NCBI RefSeq assembly: GCF_036971445.1
Contig: NC_091475.1
Coordinates: 12,090,001 to 12,154,000, forward strand
Reading direction: 5' to 3'
Length of the DNA stretch: 64,000 bases
From: Narcine bancroftii
Lineage: Eukaryota
Of the stretch, positions 50,301 through 63,149 are shown one piece after another (position 1 is the stretch's first letter; every line of letters begins with the position of its first letter). A program made the translations under genes and the position numbers. The notes under the pieces were generated by a model, which was not told the origin of the DNA, made no database searches, and saw only the letters and a program-made list of their open reading frames with translations.

Positions 50301-53300
50301 GGGACCAATAAAAAAACATTTAGAGTACATTAAGATGTACTGTAGGATTTTGTTGCTGTTTTGTTTGGCATTGCGTTCAGCAAAGCTGGTGTTGATCATG
50401 TCGTAAAAACATGATTCACCTCAAACTGACTGAAGTGGGAGTGTATTTTTATGGGCTCACGCTTCTAGCAGGAGCCTCGCCTACTAGGAGCACCATCCCA
50501 TTTACTCCAGCAAGTGTGTACTTGTTATTGTGAATGCAATAGATATTTAATAAAATATCTGTAATTTTCCATCGCAGTTCCCACTGCAAAATCACTGGAA
50601 TTTAATAATTGTTTAGCTGAACGCTTTATTTCCTCTGAGATTTTATCAAATCAAGGTTTCCTTTCTTATTTAACATTGCTGTAGTTTGCAGTTTATTTGG
50701 TACTCTTTTTGCCCCCATCCATGTCCCTCCCAAGTGTTGCAAAGGAAGTAATCAGTCATGTAGACATTAAAAGTGTTGTCCATCTCCAAGGCAATAGGGA
50801 TAGGCAATAAACAATGGATCTACCCTGGTTGAAAATCTTCATTCCAGTGCTTTTTTTTTAATTTGAAGGGCAGTCATTATATTGGGAACAAAAGAACTTC
50901 TGGATCTTTTGTAAGGCAATATACCTTTCCAGCTCCATTTTGATGCTCAAAAGATTTTTTTTAAACAAGAGCCTAAGCCGATCATAAACTATTTGTTCCG
51001 TATTGAAAGCAGCTTGATTTGAACAATGTGGAAAGTGCAAGTGGTGGGCTCTGTGTTCTGATAAATTCAAGTGATAAGTTTACTTTTGAAATATGCTCTT
51101 TTCCTTCTACTTTACCTCTTGCTGGGATTCAATTTTTTGTTAGTGAGACTTGAGACTTTAATAAAACATTCCATCATTGCAGTTATTATTATATTATCTT
51201 TTGTAATTGTGGATTTCTTGTGGAGATTTGTTACTTGTAACATATTTTTAACCGATTCCACCACTGACATTATGTACTTTCAAAAGCATACATTGCTTGT
51301 CTGATTTGAACATTGAGTTAATCTGTAAATTTGCCAAATATAGAATATCGACAACTGGTTTTGTGTGTGTGTGCATATTTTCCAGATCATAATCTTGCAA
51401 GAAGCTGCTTTCCAAGATGGTGTGCATTTCTGTACAATTTGAGAAGTGGAAAGAAAAGTCTACATGCCTCAATATACTTTGAGAAAAATTATATGATTAT
51501 CGTGTGAATTGTAAGTAGTTATATATCAGTTTGCATAAACCCTGCTTTAAAGCCAACTTTGCTTTCAAGGTTGAGCAAAGCTTGACTTTGATGCATCATA
51601 GGTCCTACTCTGGAGCTATTTTTGCTGCATGAACATGCTTCATCCTTGTATACTAAGGCAAATTTAAAATGGATTTGGCTTTTGAGTTACTAGCTATTGT
51701 GGGTGATTGTGAAGTCCTTCAATCAGGTAATTTTTATCTCCCACACACACATTTTCCAGGTATCCAATTTTAATCATGTTATGCAAGTTTTGATGCAGCT
51801 CGTTGAGCATGTGGTGGCTCTGAGGAACTATCTGGCCTGTTCTGCCCCTGTAGCCCTGCAAATTATTTTCCTTCAAGTATTCACCTGATTCCCTTTTGTA
51901 AAAAAAAACTTGTTTGACTATTTCTACTGCTCTTGGATACAGATCCAGGTAATAACTTTTTACATAATGAAAAGTCTTTCCTCCTCTTCCTCTTTCCTCT
52001 TCTACCCATCTGCATTCCCTCGTCCAGTTGTAACATTGTTCGCATTGAAAAGACCTTCATTGCTCCAGATTCTTCCCCAATTTTGCAATTTACTTGTAAA
52101 TCTTTTATGGCTTAATAGTAAACAAAACTGGATGTGTCACTCCATTTGCAGCCTTAATGTGTTTCATATGAATGTAACAAAACTCCATGTTTATGAAGCC
52201 CACGATCCTACATACTATATTAAGCTTGCTCAATATATACTGCAAAGATTTACATATTGTTCACACTTGGGTCACACATTTACAATTATTCATTTAATTC
52301 CCTCTCTGTTAAGGATATTTCATAATGTTATCTGCCATTTACCTTCCTATTTCACTAACTTTTCTATGGTCTTTTGTGGTCTATTACGATATTTGCAATT
52401 TACCAGACTTTATAACTTTGTCATCTGTAAATATTGAAATTTCACCCTGCAAACTAATATAATGGTTGTTGTAAAACTATTTTCCTCCAATCTGTGGGCA
52501 ACAACAACAAAAAATCATTTAAGCCAAATTCTTTTATACGCTGCTTCTTGACTCTTATTTTTTCATGAGCTTCAGTATTGCTCAAGCAGAATTTTATCTT
52601 TACGTAAAACTTTTGATAGCTTTTAGGCATCACAGTGATGTAACTAGTAGAATGAACATGTCACAAAATTTGTTTTGTGGCAACACCACCATACAAGAAA
52701 AAGATAGAGTAAAGTAGGACTAATGGTTCATTCTTCATTCAGGAGGGGAAGAACTGTCTTAGTGCAGGTGATTGCTTAACTTCAGGCTCCTCCTTTTTTT
52801 TCCAATGGTAGCAGAGTTAAGAGGGCATGGCCAGGGTGGTGGGGGTCCCTGAAGATAGGGTTTGTATCTGATCTGCAGTGTCTTTGTGGAACTTCCATGT
52901 TTGTTCTTCTTACCAAGTGGGTTTTCTTTGGTTGCTCTGGTTTTCTCCTACAGTCAAAGGATGTACAGACTAGTGATTAATTGGCCACTCTAGATTCTCC
53001 CTAGTATGCATGGCAATATAGAGAAAATAGATCATAGGGAAAAATGTAATGATGGAATGGGATTGTTTAGTGAATCAATATAGAGTCAATGGGCCAAATA
53101 GCCCTTGACATTAACATCCTCCATTGCTCCACCTGCTTAATTTTGATACCCATCCTTGATTTAATTTTCCTAGTGTGTACAGATTTGGATTTAAGATTAA
53201 TACAGAAATGACAAAACCTCATGTCCACAAAAACAACAGATTTTAAATCAAAGTTTGTCTTCAAAAGTACAAGTATGCATTTGTTTTGTCAGCTGCATTT

Positions 53301-56300
53301 TTGAGCTAGTGCTCCTTGGTTTTATAAAATAAATGATTTTGTGTTTTTAATAACTGGATATTGTGAAAGATTTTGAAGTGGGGTATGTTTAAGATGCAAT
53401 TATTCAATCTCATTCCCCAACAAACGTACCTCTCCTGCTTGGAATGGAATCCCTTCTTTGGCAATTTGTGGGGGATGGATGTAGGTGGGTTTCAAGTGAT
53501 AGATCAGGTAGCAATGTTTGACATTCCTATTTGACTGCTTCTACCACTTTTACTTTCAGATCCCAATCAACTAATTTTTTTTAAAAGAAAAAAAAATTTC
53601 CTTACATTATCTTCCCTCTTCTATTGTCCATTACATTCAAACTTTCAATCCTGGTTTGGTGCATAACCAGATAAATGAGAAAGTCATATTCTCTGTTAAA
53701 CTATTATGTTTGGGCACAGATTCTGGGCAAGAACACTGTTTCTGAGCATTGTATTTGTCATCCTGACCCTTGCCAAGTGGCTTTTGTTCAGTTTTTAAAT
53801 AACAATTGCTAGATGAAAAATACCCTGTAATTGGTTTTTGTTCAATATTTTGATAGGTTGTTTAAACAATCAAAGCATTGGATGATACAGCAGGTTTTCA
53901 TTAAAGAACTAGACTGAAATAAAATTTAAAGGAAAAATACATTTTGGATAGGGAAAAGGGGATATTAATCTCTTTCAATGCTGAAAGAGAAACTCAAGAT
54001 TTCTAGTTTTAGCTAAAACTAAGAGTAAGTTTTTCCCCTCGCCCAGTTCTTGTCGGATCGCACTTTTTTACAAAAAAGTTATGGATTGCTACATTGAACT
54101 GTACTAGAAAATTTGTAGGTAATAGTTATGAACTAATGATTTTTAAATGTTTTGCAAACTTCCATGCTTCAATATTCCATTTAATATTGTTTATTTTGTA
54201 AATGGTTAGTGATACCTGGTTAGTCCCCACTCCCTGTATCTAGCTTCCCAAACATATACTTTCAACCTGACCTGCGTACAACTTTTGGTAATGATTGAAC
54301 AAGTAGAAACCAAAATGCAGTCTGCAAGCTTAGTTTATCATGACGCTGTTGTGTACATCTCTGAAGAATTTCAGCTGTTTCACATTATGCTACTTGCCAA
54401 AATGACTTTTATAAATTGTGTTTCCTACCTGTACTGGAACCAAATGTGACTGATGAAAATGCCTTGATGTGAAACATACATAACCTTTCCATTTCCAGCA
54501 TTTTCTGCTTGCTATTACTACAGATCTTTCGTATGCTCTCATACGATTACCCTCTCTTCCCAAGAATTGATCTCATACAATAGATGTTCTGCAATTACAA
54601 AGCAAATCACCATTATAAATTGGGTTCTTTAGAACTGTAGAATGACTTCTTCAAAGTGTGGTCCTCAGTTGTGATCCATATAATGAAGTGAAGAGACTGA
54701 ATGTATTGTAGACAAATTTGCTGACATACAAAGATGTTGGAATAGCAAGTTGTGAGTTCAGAAAGAGTTTGCAAAAAGATGTAGATTAATTAATAGGCAA
54801 ATGGATGGAAGGCGGAGTTAAAGTGTGGGAAGTCAACTTAAATTATCTATTTTAGTCAGATGAATAAAACAATATTTTTAATAGCACAAGACTACCTAGT
54901 GTTTTACAGAGGGATCTAGATGTCCTTTAGCCTGAAGCACACAGTTAGTAAATTAAGAAGGTAAATTTCAAAATGGAATGAGTGCAAAAGTAGATAAAAC
55001 AACAGTTACCATTGAGAGGCCTCACCTGGAACACACACTTAATCTCTTAATTTCTTCCTGTGCTTTGCAGTCCTGATTTCCTGTCATTCAAATTGAAATT
55101 GTAGGTTTATTTTTATTCTCACTACTTGAGCTGATGAATAATTCCATTGTTTTCTGTTTTTTTCTGATTGGATGAGAAATGTAGAAAAATAAAAGGTACC
55201 ACTTGGGTTTACGTTTATTGTCATATATACAGTGAGAAGGGTTCTTCCACGAGCATTCTTCCAGGTTAATATTCAATAACGTAGAAGAATAGGAGCACAA
55301 TTACAGCCAATAGAGTTGCAATGAAGTAAAAGATAAATACAGACCAGATTTCATGAGTGTACTGTTCTGGAGTTAATTCAGGGTTACTGGAGTTCTGAAG
55401 TGAATTCAGGACGGTTTCTGGAAAGAAAATACTGCGAATAAAATGAGAAAATGCAATAATTACAGAGTTGATTTTTTATAAATAACAAGGACTGTACAAT
55501 TTTTAAAAAAAAATCCAACGTCTATTCCATGAATCCCATTTGTCCCTCTCCCTGGTGTTTGCTTGGCCTGGGTGATGATCCAAGAGCAACTTGATTTTAA
55601 TTGTCATTCTTTTTACTTCTTCCATGATCTTCGCTGTGCAACCTCTTTTAGCTCCATGATTGTCAGCCATTTATTCCTTCAAAATAAAGATTGAAAGATT
55701 TCTTGAATGAAGGGATATTAGGACCAGTGCTGTAATATGAGGGGAAACTAGAAAATTAGCCACAATTTTAATGAGTAGTGGTGAAGTCTACAAGGGTTAG
55801 ATGGCCTGTTCCTATTTAGATTAGTTCTTTGCCAGTTCTGGCATCTGATCATTATTAAAGCTGGCTGTCAAGTTCCTTGCTTTAAAATATTGGACTGCAA
55901 AAATATCCTCTTTGGGATGAGTTGAGATTATGGCAGTCACTATATATTTAAAGTCTTCATTTGGTTTTCTGCACATCCCTTCTCTACCAGTAAAGGGACA
56001 CAGTAAATCACACAGACTCAGTTTCAACCATCAGAGCTGCTGAACTTGTCTTTCTGGACTAACCCTGACTACTGTGTGACGGTAAGCTCAGCCAAACGTT
56101 TGTTGTTCCTGGCTGACTTCACTGAAAGTACATCTCTGAGGAAATGTGGAGGGAGAAATGGTGTTGGCCAGAGCTATGTTGCCCTCAACACTCGGACAGG
56201 TCTCCTTTACTTCTAGAGTACGGGTACTGGCACAATGTTCAACAATTTCACGGTGGTACTTCCAGTTTTAACACACCAGCAATCAGAGCTTTGGGAAAAG

Positions 56301-56349
56301 TACATTGGAAAGAGCAGGTTCAGTCTTTTTTGATCCATTCATTTATATG

Positions 56350-56675
56350 GACGTTGACATCCTTAGTGAAGTTGGTATTTATTTATCCATCCTAATTGAA
56401 CTGAAGAAGGAATTAACAGTCAACCAACTTAACAGCTCAGCAGTTGCATATTGACCAGACAAGGTAAGGATTGTAGGATCCTGTCCTTGAATGACAAAAG
56501 TAAACCATAGGTTTCTACAACAATAAACCATCTCATTGCTTCAATACTGACTACCATTTAAAATAAAAACATTTATTTAATTACTTGAATTTAACTATCT
56601 GAGCCTCCGTGGTGGGATTTGAACTCTTGCACCTCGACACTGCTAGCCTAATAACTTAATCACAATACTACTGTA
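56350..56675 (-). mobile_element. Old tRNA-derived SINE (Deu-domain/SacSINE1-like)
   Basis: Minus-strand B-box gagttcaaatcccaccacgg near 56610-25 and central ccagacaaggtaaggat...gaatgacaaaagtaaacca block; family assigned from recall. Confidence 0.5.
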
Positions 56676-58440
56676 ATGGTGGCTTTCTTGCAGATGCTTC
56701 CATACCTAAAGAATTCCTGTCTCTTCTCCTCACAGATGCAGTGACCTGCTGTATGTTTCCCTATCAACTACACAGTCGTTTGACCCCACCTTCCTGCCCA
56801 AGGAATGAAAACACCCAGACCCAATAAACCATGACTCCGCCACAGACTTCCATCAGTAATTGGTAAGCCTATCCCCAGTCTGATCAACCTAAGCATCATG
56901 GCAAAGCACCTTTCCACATTTGGCTTCTATTCCTTGCTCATTTTCCTCATGGAGTGCAAATCAACATTTGTGTGGGAAAGCGAATTGGAGATAACTAGGG
57001 AACTGGTCACATTACTACCATAATGATTTTCTAGTCAGCCTAGTTTATTGCTTGAAAGATACGACACATATTACTGCTCTAAATGGCAAAGTCTCAGTTT
57101 TTCGTTAACTTGTGCTGCAATTCCATTATTTCTAATTCAATAATTAAACTTCAGTTGCTGTCGAAGAAAATGTTGTATTATTGACTGAGAGGATACATTA
57201 ATATTTCTCGTGTGCAGAAGCAGTTCAAGTCAAGTAGCCATAAATAGAGATAATCACCAAAATCCAAAAGAGGATTTGGGAGAAAACTTTGAGGAGGGTG
57301 TAGAAATCAGTCTCACAAGGAGTTGACGAAGATGTGGCATAAATACCTTTGAGGAGAAATTAATCCAAGTTTACCCCGACTGGTTGATATCTCCTTCCTT
57401 GCCAGTCAAATCAAATAAGCACTGATGGACCAATCATTCATAATTTCTTTCTGACACTCCATCTCCATTCATCTTCTCTCGTACAAATCAGCCACTTCTA
57501 TATTCAATTATGTGAATAAAATCTCAGATAATAAGTCAACTTTTTCAAATTCCTAATTATCAACTGTGAGACATCACCATGTTAAGTTTATTAGCAAAAA
57601 TTAAGGGAAATACATTTAAACCTATACAGATGTATAAGCGTAGAAAGAACCCATTGCTCAGCTGAACAAATCCTTGTTCTTTGGGTTCAGTTGTGAGCAC
57701 AGTGTGCTTCACCACAGATTAACTGGCTTTGGAGAAATCCACCAGAGATGAGGGATTGTGGGCCAGACTGTTCAGGAACTTTTGCATTGAGAAGATCTCC
57801 AGGCATTAAAAAGATCAGTCGATCATATGTAGAGCTAGAATTATAGACTGTCTTACCTTTATGACAACAATCTACATAATTATTGATGAAAGTGCCCAGT
57901 TCCAATATCAAAATAATCACTGAATAGGTTACTGGTTTACAACATCAGCTGGTTTAAAATTGAAGGGGTCTTTATAGCTGAACCTTGAGGGTAAAAAGCT
58001 ATGTTAGCACGGTCAAGAGAGACCTTCCCTGCCAACGATAGTCCACTGCACAATTATTTGGGTCTTTCATTTATTGAGTTTGTGACTGAGGAACAGCAAT
58101 TAGAGAAATGTGTCCATGGTACTTTGTATTGTAGTAGTGGGGCAGGTGTTGGGGTGGTTTGGGTTCAGCATGGTATTGTAGGCCCTTTGAAAGCCTTGAA
58201 CCCAATGGCATGAATATCCTTTTTTTTTCTCGCTTTAGGTATCCCTCGCCTCCAACTTGTCTCCATTTCTCCTCTTCCTTTTCTTTCTACCCCCACCATT
58301 GCTGTGTTCTCTTCTGCTATCTCTCCACATCTTCCACCTTCTGTTCAACATTCTATCTCCCAGTTTCTGCCTTGTCTCCTTTCTGTTTTCCCCCTGATGT
58401 CCCCCATTTTGTCTTGATTAGGGGCACCAATCTGAATCAT

Positions 58441-58625
58441 TGAGTGGGAAGGGAAGGTTGAGAATCACTGCTCTAGACTCTGTGATTAGTAAGGGTTGGC
58501 TTAAGGTGGGATGTGAGTGGGAGGGGAAGGTTGAGAATCACTGCTCTAGACTCTGTGATTAGTAAGGATTTGCTTAAGGTGGGATGTGAGTGGGAAGGGA
58601 AGGTTGAGAATCACTGCTCTAGACC
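58441..58625. repeat. 73-bp tandem repeat (about 2.5 units) of a MITE right end
   Basis: tgagtggga...aggttgagaatcactgctctaga recurs at 58441, 58514 and 58587. Confidence 0.88.
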
Positions 58626-58732
58626 CAATTGCGACTGAACTATTTTGCTTGAGAAAGATTGTCATTGGCCCATTTCCTTTGGGAGTTATGAAACCGTGCA
58701 CATAACAAGTCCATGAGGTTCGATTAAAACAG

Positions 58733-59114
58733 GTGGTTTTCAAACTTTTTCTTCCCACCCACGTAATCCCTTAAGCAATCCCTTATTAATCACAGAGCAC
58801 CTATGGCACAGGGAATAACCCCCCCCCCCAGTCTCCATGTGGATGAGAAGTAAGCGGCGAGTGCTAGACGCGTCGGGTGTTGGGCAGCGCATCTCCGACT
58901 GTCACTTCAAACGGCCCCCTCCCCACCAGCGAGGGGTTCCCGCCACTGACAGGTACCCAGCGGGGGCGGCGCGGCTGCCCCCTCCATCCGTGGTCTCCTG
59001 GGTGGGCGAAATTCCCAGAGGTGGAGGCGGGGGGGGGGGGGGCGAGGCTTTCCCGTGGGATCCCAGTCAAGATCGGTGGTATGTGAGTGGAAAGAGAAAA
59101 AGGTTGAGAACCAC
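58733..59114. mobile_element. hAT-like MITE carrying captured RIPK4 exon1/intron1 fragments
   Basis: Imperfect TIRs gtggttttcaaactttttcttcccacccac / gtgagtggaaagagaaaaaggttgagaaccac; the interior matches 60148-60189 and 60222-60302. Confidence 0.7.
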
Positions 59115-59374
59115 GGTTTTAGATGCTGGGTACCACCAGGATCTTACTGTTTGCAGGTTCTCCGTCCGACTCTCCCGATTTGTTGCCAAGAGTACATCCA
59201 TCACATCCAGCCTTTCTGGCGGGCAAGACGAAATTTGTACTGAACGGTGATGCAAAAGACTGGACTCAAGAGAGATATGCAAAAGAAAATGGGTCATAAA
59301 TAACGTGATCGTTGTTGAGGAGTCTGAGGGTGGGTGGGCGGGTGGGGGGTCCTGAACCTGCTGGTCGTGGTACC

Positions 59375-59730
59375 TCTCTTTTCTTTCTTCTTTGGCTTGG
59401 CTTCGCGGACGAAGATTTATGGAGGGGGTAAATGTCCACGTCAGCTGCAGGCTCGTTGGTGACAAGTCCGACGCGGGACAGGCAGACACGGTTGCAGGGG
59501 AAAATTGGTGGGTTGGGTGTTGGGTTTCTCCTCCTTTGTCAGTGAGGTGGGCTCTGCGGTCTTCTTCCAAGGAGGTTGCTGCCGGCCGAACTGTGAGGCG
59601 CCAAGATGCACGGTTGGAGGCGGTGGTCAATGGGGCAGGCACCAAGAGCTTTCTTTAGGCAGTCCTTGCACCTCTTCTTTGGTGCACCTCTGTCTCGGTG
59701 GCCAGTGGAGAGCTCGCCCTATCTTGGGAA
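59375..59730 (-). mobile_element. RTE-clade LINE 3' fragment
   Basis: Reverse-complement match to 25860-26260 with small deletions. Confidence 0.9.
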
Positions 59731-59769
59731 GGCGAGTGCCGGACCTCCAGGAAAGGTCAATTCCTGGAG

Positions 59770-60007
59770 GGGGTTTCACAGGACGGGTGGGATTGAACTG
59801 GGGGGAAAGAAGTGCACATACCTGATGGGACGTTCACCTTGGTGTTGCAATAGGAAGTGACGTGAGCCTGGAGTTGGGGACACACACACACACCTTGAGC
59901 ACCTGATCGGCTCGGACTGAAGGCAGGAGACGTGCTCACTCAGCCGCCCAAAACCAAAAGGCAGAGCGGGGAGAAGGCGCAGCTGCAGGGGGCACGGAGT
60001 TGAGAGG
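59770..60007 (+). promoter_or_regulatory. RIPK4 promoter / 5' UTR
   Basis: CpG-rich region before the ATG; GGAAGTGACGT (ETS-CRE overlap) at 59853-63, TTGCAAT just upstream, CACCTG E-box at 59900-05. Confidence 0.55.
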
Positions 60008-60174
60008 ATGTCCTCCTGGGGGATGGGGCTGCTGAAGACCTTCGACTCCGATGAGTTTGTGAGCTGGGAAAAAGTCGGATCGGGCGGCTTTGGGCAGGTC
60101 TACAAGATCCGTCACGTTCACTGGAAGACGTGGCTGGCGATTAAATGCCCCCCCAGTCTCCATGTGGATGAGAA
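60008..60174 (+). CDS. RIPK4: RIPK4 (receptor-interacting Ser/Thr kinase 4) first coding exon
   Basis: [55 protein letters not shown](K): kinase Gly loop and AIK lysine matching recalled RIPK4; AA|gtaagt phase-2 donor; synteny with PRDM15. Exon 2 was not found in the window. Confidence 0.95.
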
Positions 60175-60575
60175 GTAAGTGGCGAGTGCGGGAGGGGGGG
60201 GGGGGCGCAGCTTCTACTGTCCCCCACCAGCCAGGGGTTCCCTCCATCCGTGGTCTCCTGGGTGGGCGACCTTCCCAAACGCTTTCCCGTGGGATCCCAG
60301 TCCGGATCCGCCGACTTTCTCAATCCGCCCTCGCCCAAACCTGCCCAGAGAAGTCCTCCGTCGTCCTGGCCCGGCTGGCTGCCTCTTGGATAAGGAGTTC
60401 TGCCCCTCGCGGGCGGGCAAGCCCGCTCCTGTCCCGCTCTGGCAGCCGGAGCCGCGCACTCTGAGCCGACGTTTCCCACGGCCCGACAGATCGGCGTCTT
60501 GCGGGCTGCGATTGACCCCCCCCCCCCCCCCAACTCTCTTTGGATGCTCGGGTGGTTGGGACACTTCGTATCCAA

Positions 60576-61234
60576 CCTCTGGTAGGAGATACCACAGCAC
60601 TCAGGTTGTTACATCCAGATCAGGCAACAGTGTGTCTCTCTCCACCCCCTGTCACAGAGCACCTATGGCACAGGGAATAACCCCCCCCCCCCCCCCCCCA
60701 GTCTCCATGTGGATGAGAAGTAAGCGGCGAGTGTTCAGCTCCTGAACCGCTCCCAGTTCTCCCCCCCACCTCCCTCTCTCAAGTCGTTCGTGCCAGGCTC
60801 GCCCCGTAAAGACCACATCGCCTTGCTCCAGGACCACGCTGCATATTTACATCCATATGCGTTCAAATGTCAAGTGGAAGGCTACTGTGCACTATCCGCA
60901 AATGTTCTGGGAATCCAGGAAGGAGGGGGGGGGGGTGGTGGAGAGAGACACACCGTTGCCTGATCTGGATTTAACAACCTGAGTGCTGTGGTATCTCCTA
61001 CCAGAGGGGAGAACAGTTTACATGAGGGTTGTGGGGGGGGGTGGAGAGAGAGACAAACTGTTGCCTGATCTGGATGTAACAACCTGAGTGCTGTGGTATC
61101 TCCTACCAGAGGGGAGAACAGTTTACATGAGGGCTGTGGGGAGGGGGGGTGGGGGGTGGGTGGAGAGAGAGAGAGACACACACTGTTGCCTGATCTGGAT
61201 GTAACAACCTGCGTGCTGTGATATCTCCTACCAG
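60576..61234. repeat. About 70-bp module: one inverted copy (60576-60648) and three tandem direct copies (about 60937-61007, 61038-61112, 61158-61234)
   Basis: gagagagacacactgttgcctgatctggatgtaacaacctgagtgctgtggtatctcctaccag and its reverse complement. Confidence 0.9.
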
Positions 61235-61929
61235 TTTATGGGCTTTCGCCTGCATTGAGTGTTGTAGATGTTTTTCATGGTGGGAAGACCTCATGGTCTT
61301 TCTTGCCGACTTCACTCAGCCAGAAGTCCTGGTGTTCTATCCTGCGAGGGAGAGAGATGTAGAACTTTTAATTATTCTGCTTCCAACGTTCCTCCTTTCT
61401 TTGGTGATAATATGTGTGTTGCTGTGGTTCTGTGAAGTCATTTTAAACGTTTCATTGTGATCAATGTTAGTCAATACAAATTGTGGCTCTGTCAGACCAG
61501 CCATATTCACCTGGCCACCTCAATCGCTCTCTGCCTGTGCGTTTTTTTTTGAAGTGGGATCCGTTGGATTATAGCTATCCTCTCTGCCTTCGGGGTACAG
61601 AAGGGAGAGGGTACTCCATCAATGAATGCAACAGACTGGCTTTGAAGAGTAGGCTTCAGAAATGAGTGTTTGCCTGCATCAGATCGATGCCCCTGGATTT
61701 GTGGATAACAGCTCCTTTTAATCTGTTAAATACAGACAGTGTGAGACAGAAGTGATTTACCACAGGCTTGCATTGTCATGGAGATCTTGGCAAGGAGGCA
61801 TGAGTGAAATGTGAAGCCCTCCTTGCCCTCGAGCTCCATACCGAATACTTCTGGCTTAATCTGTTTTCTCCCTCTTTTCCTATCAAAAGATCAGAGACTC
61901 CAACCCATGGTTGCAATGGTTCAATTTTT

Positions 61930-62105
61930 AAATTTAGACATACAGCTCGGGAACAGGCCATTTCAGCCCATGAGTCTGTGCCGCCCAATTTACACCCAAT
62001 TAACCTACACCCCCCCCCCCACCCCTGCTAAAGGATTTAAACCAAGGTCCAGATCACTGGCGCTGTAAAAGCATAACGTGATCCGCTACGCTAACCGTGT
62101 CACCT
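61930..62105 (-). mobile_element. tRNA-derived SINE (HE1/V-SINE-like), internally deleted
   Basis: Similar to 3870-4105 and 5265-5480. Confidence 0.65.
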
Positions 62106-62354
62106 TAGGTGATGCCCAAGTGGAAACTTTACAGCAGTTCCTGATGGAAATCATTCTTTCCAATTTCACATGGTCTTTGGTTTTATAACGAAGGCTGCTT
62201 TTTCATCCCAGCCCCAATGGGTAGATCTTAACCCATCAAACAGATTGGAGCACTGGAATTTCATCCACAAACCTATGTTGGCCACCCATGAAAATAAATT
62301 TTAAAAAAACAGCAACTGATGGTAATCTGAAATAAAGACTGAAAATGCTGAGAC

Positions 62355-63010
62355 CATAAGACATAGGAGCAGAAATAGACTATTCAGCCCATCGAGTCTC
62401 CTCTGCCATTCAATCACAAGCTGATCCATTTTCTGTCTCATCCCCATTGTCCAGCCTTCTCTCCATAACCTTGTTAAAACAAGAACCTGCCATAAATATA
62501 CCCAATGACCTGGCCTCCACAACTGTCTGTGGCAGCAAATTCCACAGATTTTCCACCCTCTGGCTGAAGAATTTCCTGCACATCTCTGTTCTAAGCGGAA
62601 CCCTTTAATCCTGAAGTTGTGCCCTCTTTTCTCGACTCTCCCATCATGGAAAACAACCATTCTATGTCTACTCTGTTCATACCTTTCAATGTCCAATGTT
62701 TCAATGAGATCCTGCCCTGATCTCCTAAATTCCAATGAATATAGGCCAAGAGCCTTCAAGTGCTCCTAGTTTGATAACCCTTTCTTACCTTCTTTGAAGC
62801 CTCTCCAACTTCAGCACATCTTTTGTCAAATGAGGAGACCAAAACTCCTCCAATACTCCAAGTGAGGTCTCAGCAATGCCTTATCGAAACATCACATTAC
62901 TTTGCTCTAACTTCAGCGTCCCTGCTCTTCCATTCCTCTCGAACTGAACGCCAGCATTGCATTTGCCTTCTTCACCACTGTAAGTTTGCCTTCAGGATGT
63001 CTTGCACGAG
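62355..63010 (-). mobile_element. CR1 LINE 3' fragment
   Basis: ORF 62301-62759 begins KALGLYSLEFRR; similar to 2417-3090. Confidence 0.85.
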
Positions 63011-63149
63011 TACTCAGCAGATCAGGTGGCATCTGTGCAGAAAGGAGTTACTGCTTCAGGTCTGAGACTCTTTGTCGGAACTGACCACTTATTTCTGCCT
63101 GTTTGATTTGTATCAGTAAGAATTACGATGCTGAATAAATGGTGATTGT

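Noticed and set aside
56600-56670. tRNA gene
   Set aside because: The B-box belongs to a decayed SINE head; no cloverleaf can be formed.
47333-58400. Additional gene between the HINFP-like gene and RIPK4 (e.g. ORF 51910-52437), and an exact poly(A) site
   Set aside because: AT-rich sequence with old LINE/SINE debris and no recognisable domains or consistent exon chain. Several AATAAA candidates (50307, 50549, 51160) cannot be ranked from sequence alone.
58820-58864. Alternative upstream RIPK4 first exon
   Set aside because: Only the last 27 nt or so of exon 1 plus the donor are copied; no start codon context or Gly loop.
60090-60745. Several 90-190 aa ORFs around the RIPK4 start
   Set aside because: GC-rich CpG-island noise; the true kinase frame is 60008-60174 and is spliced.
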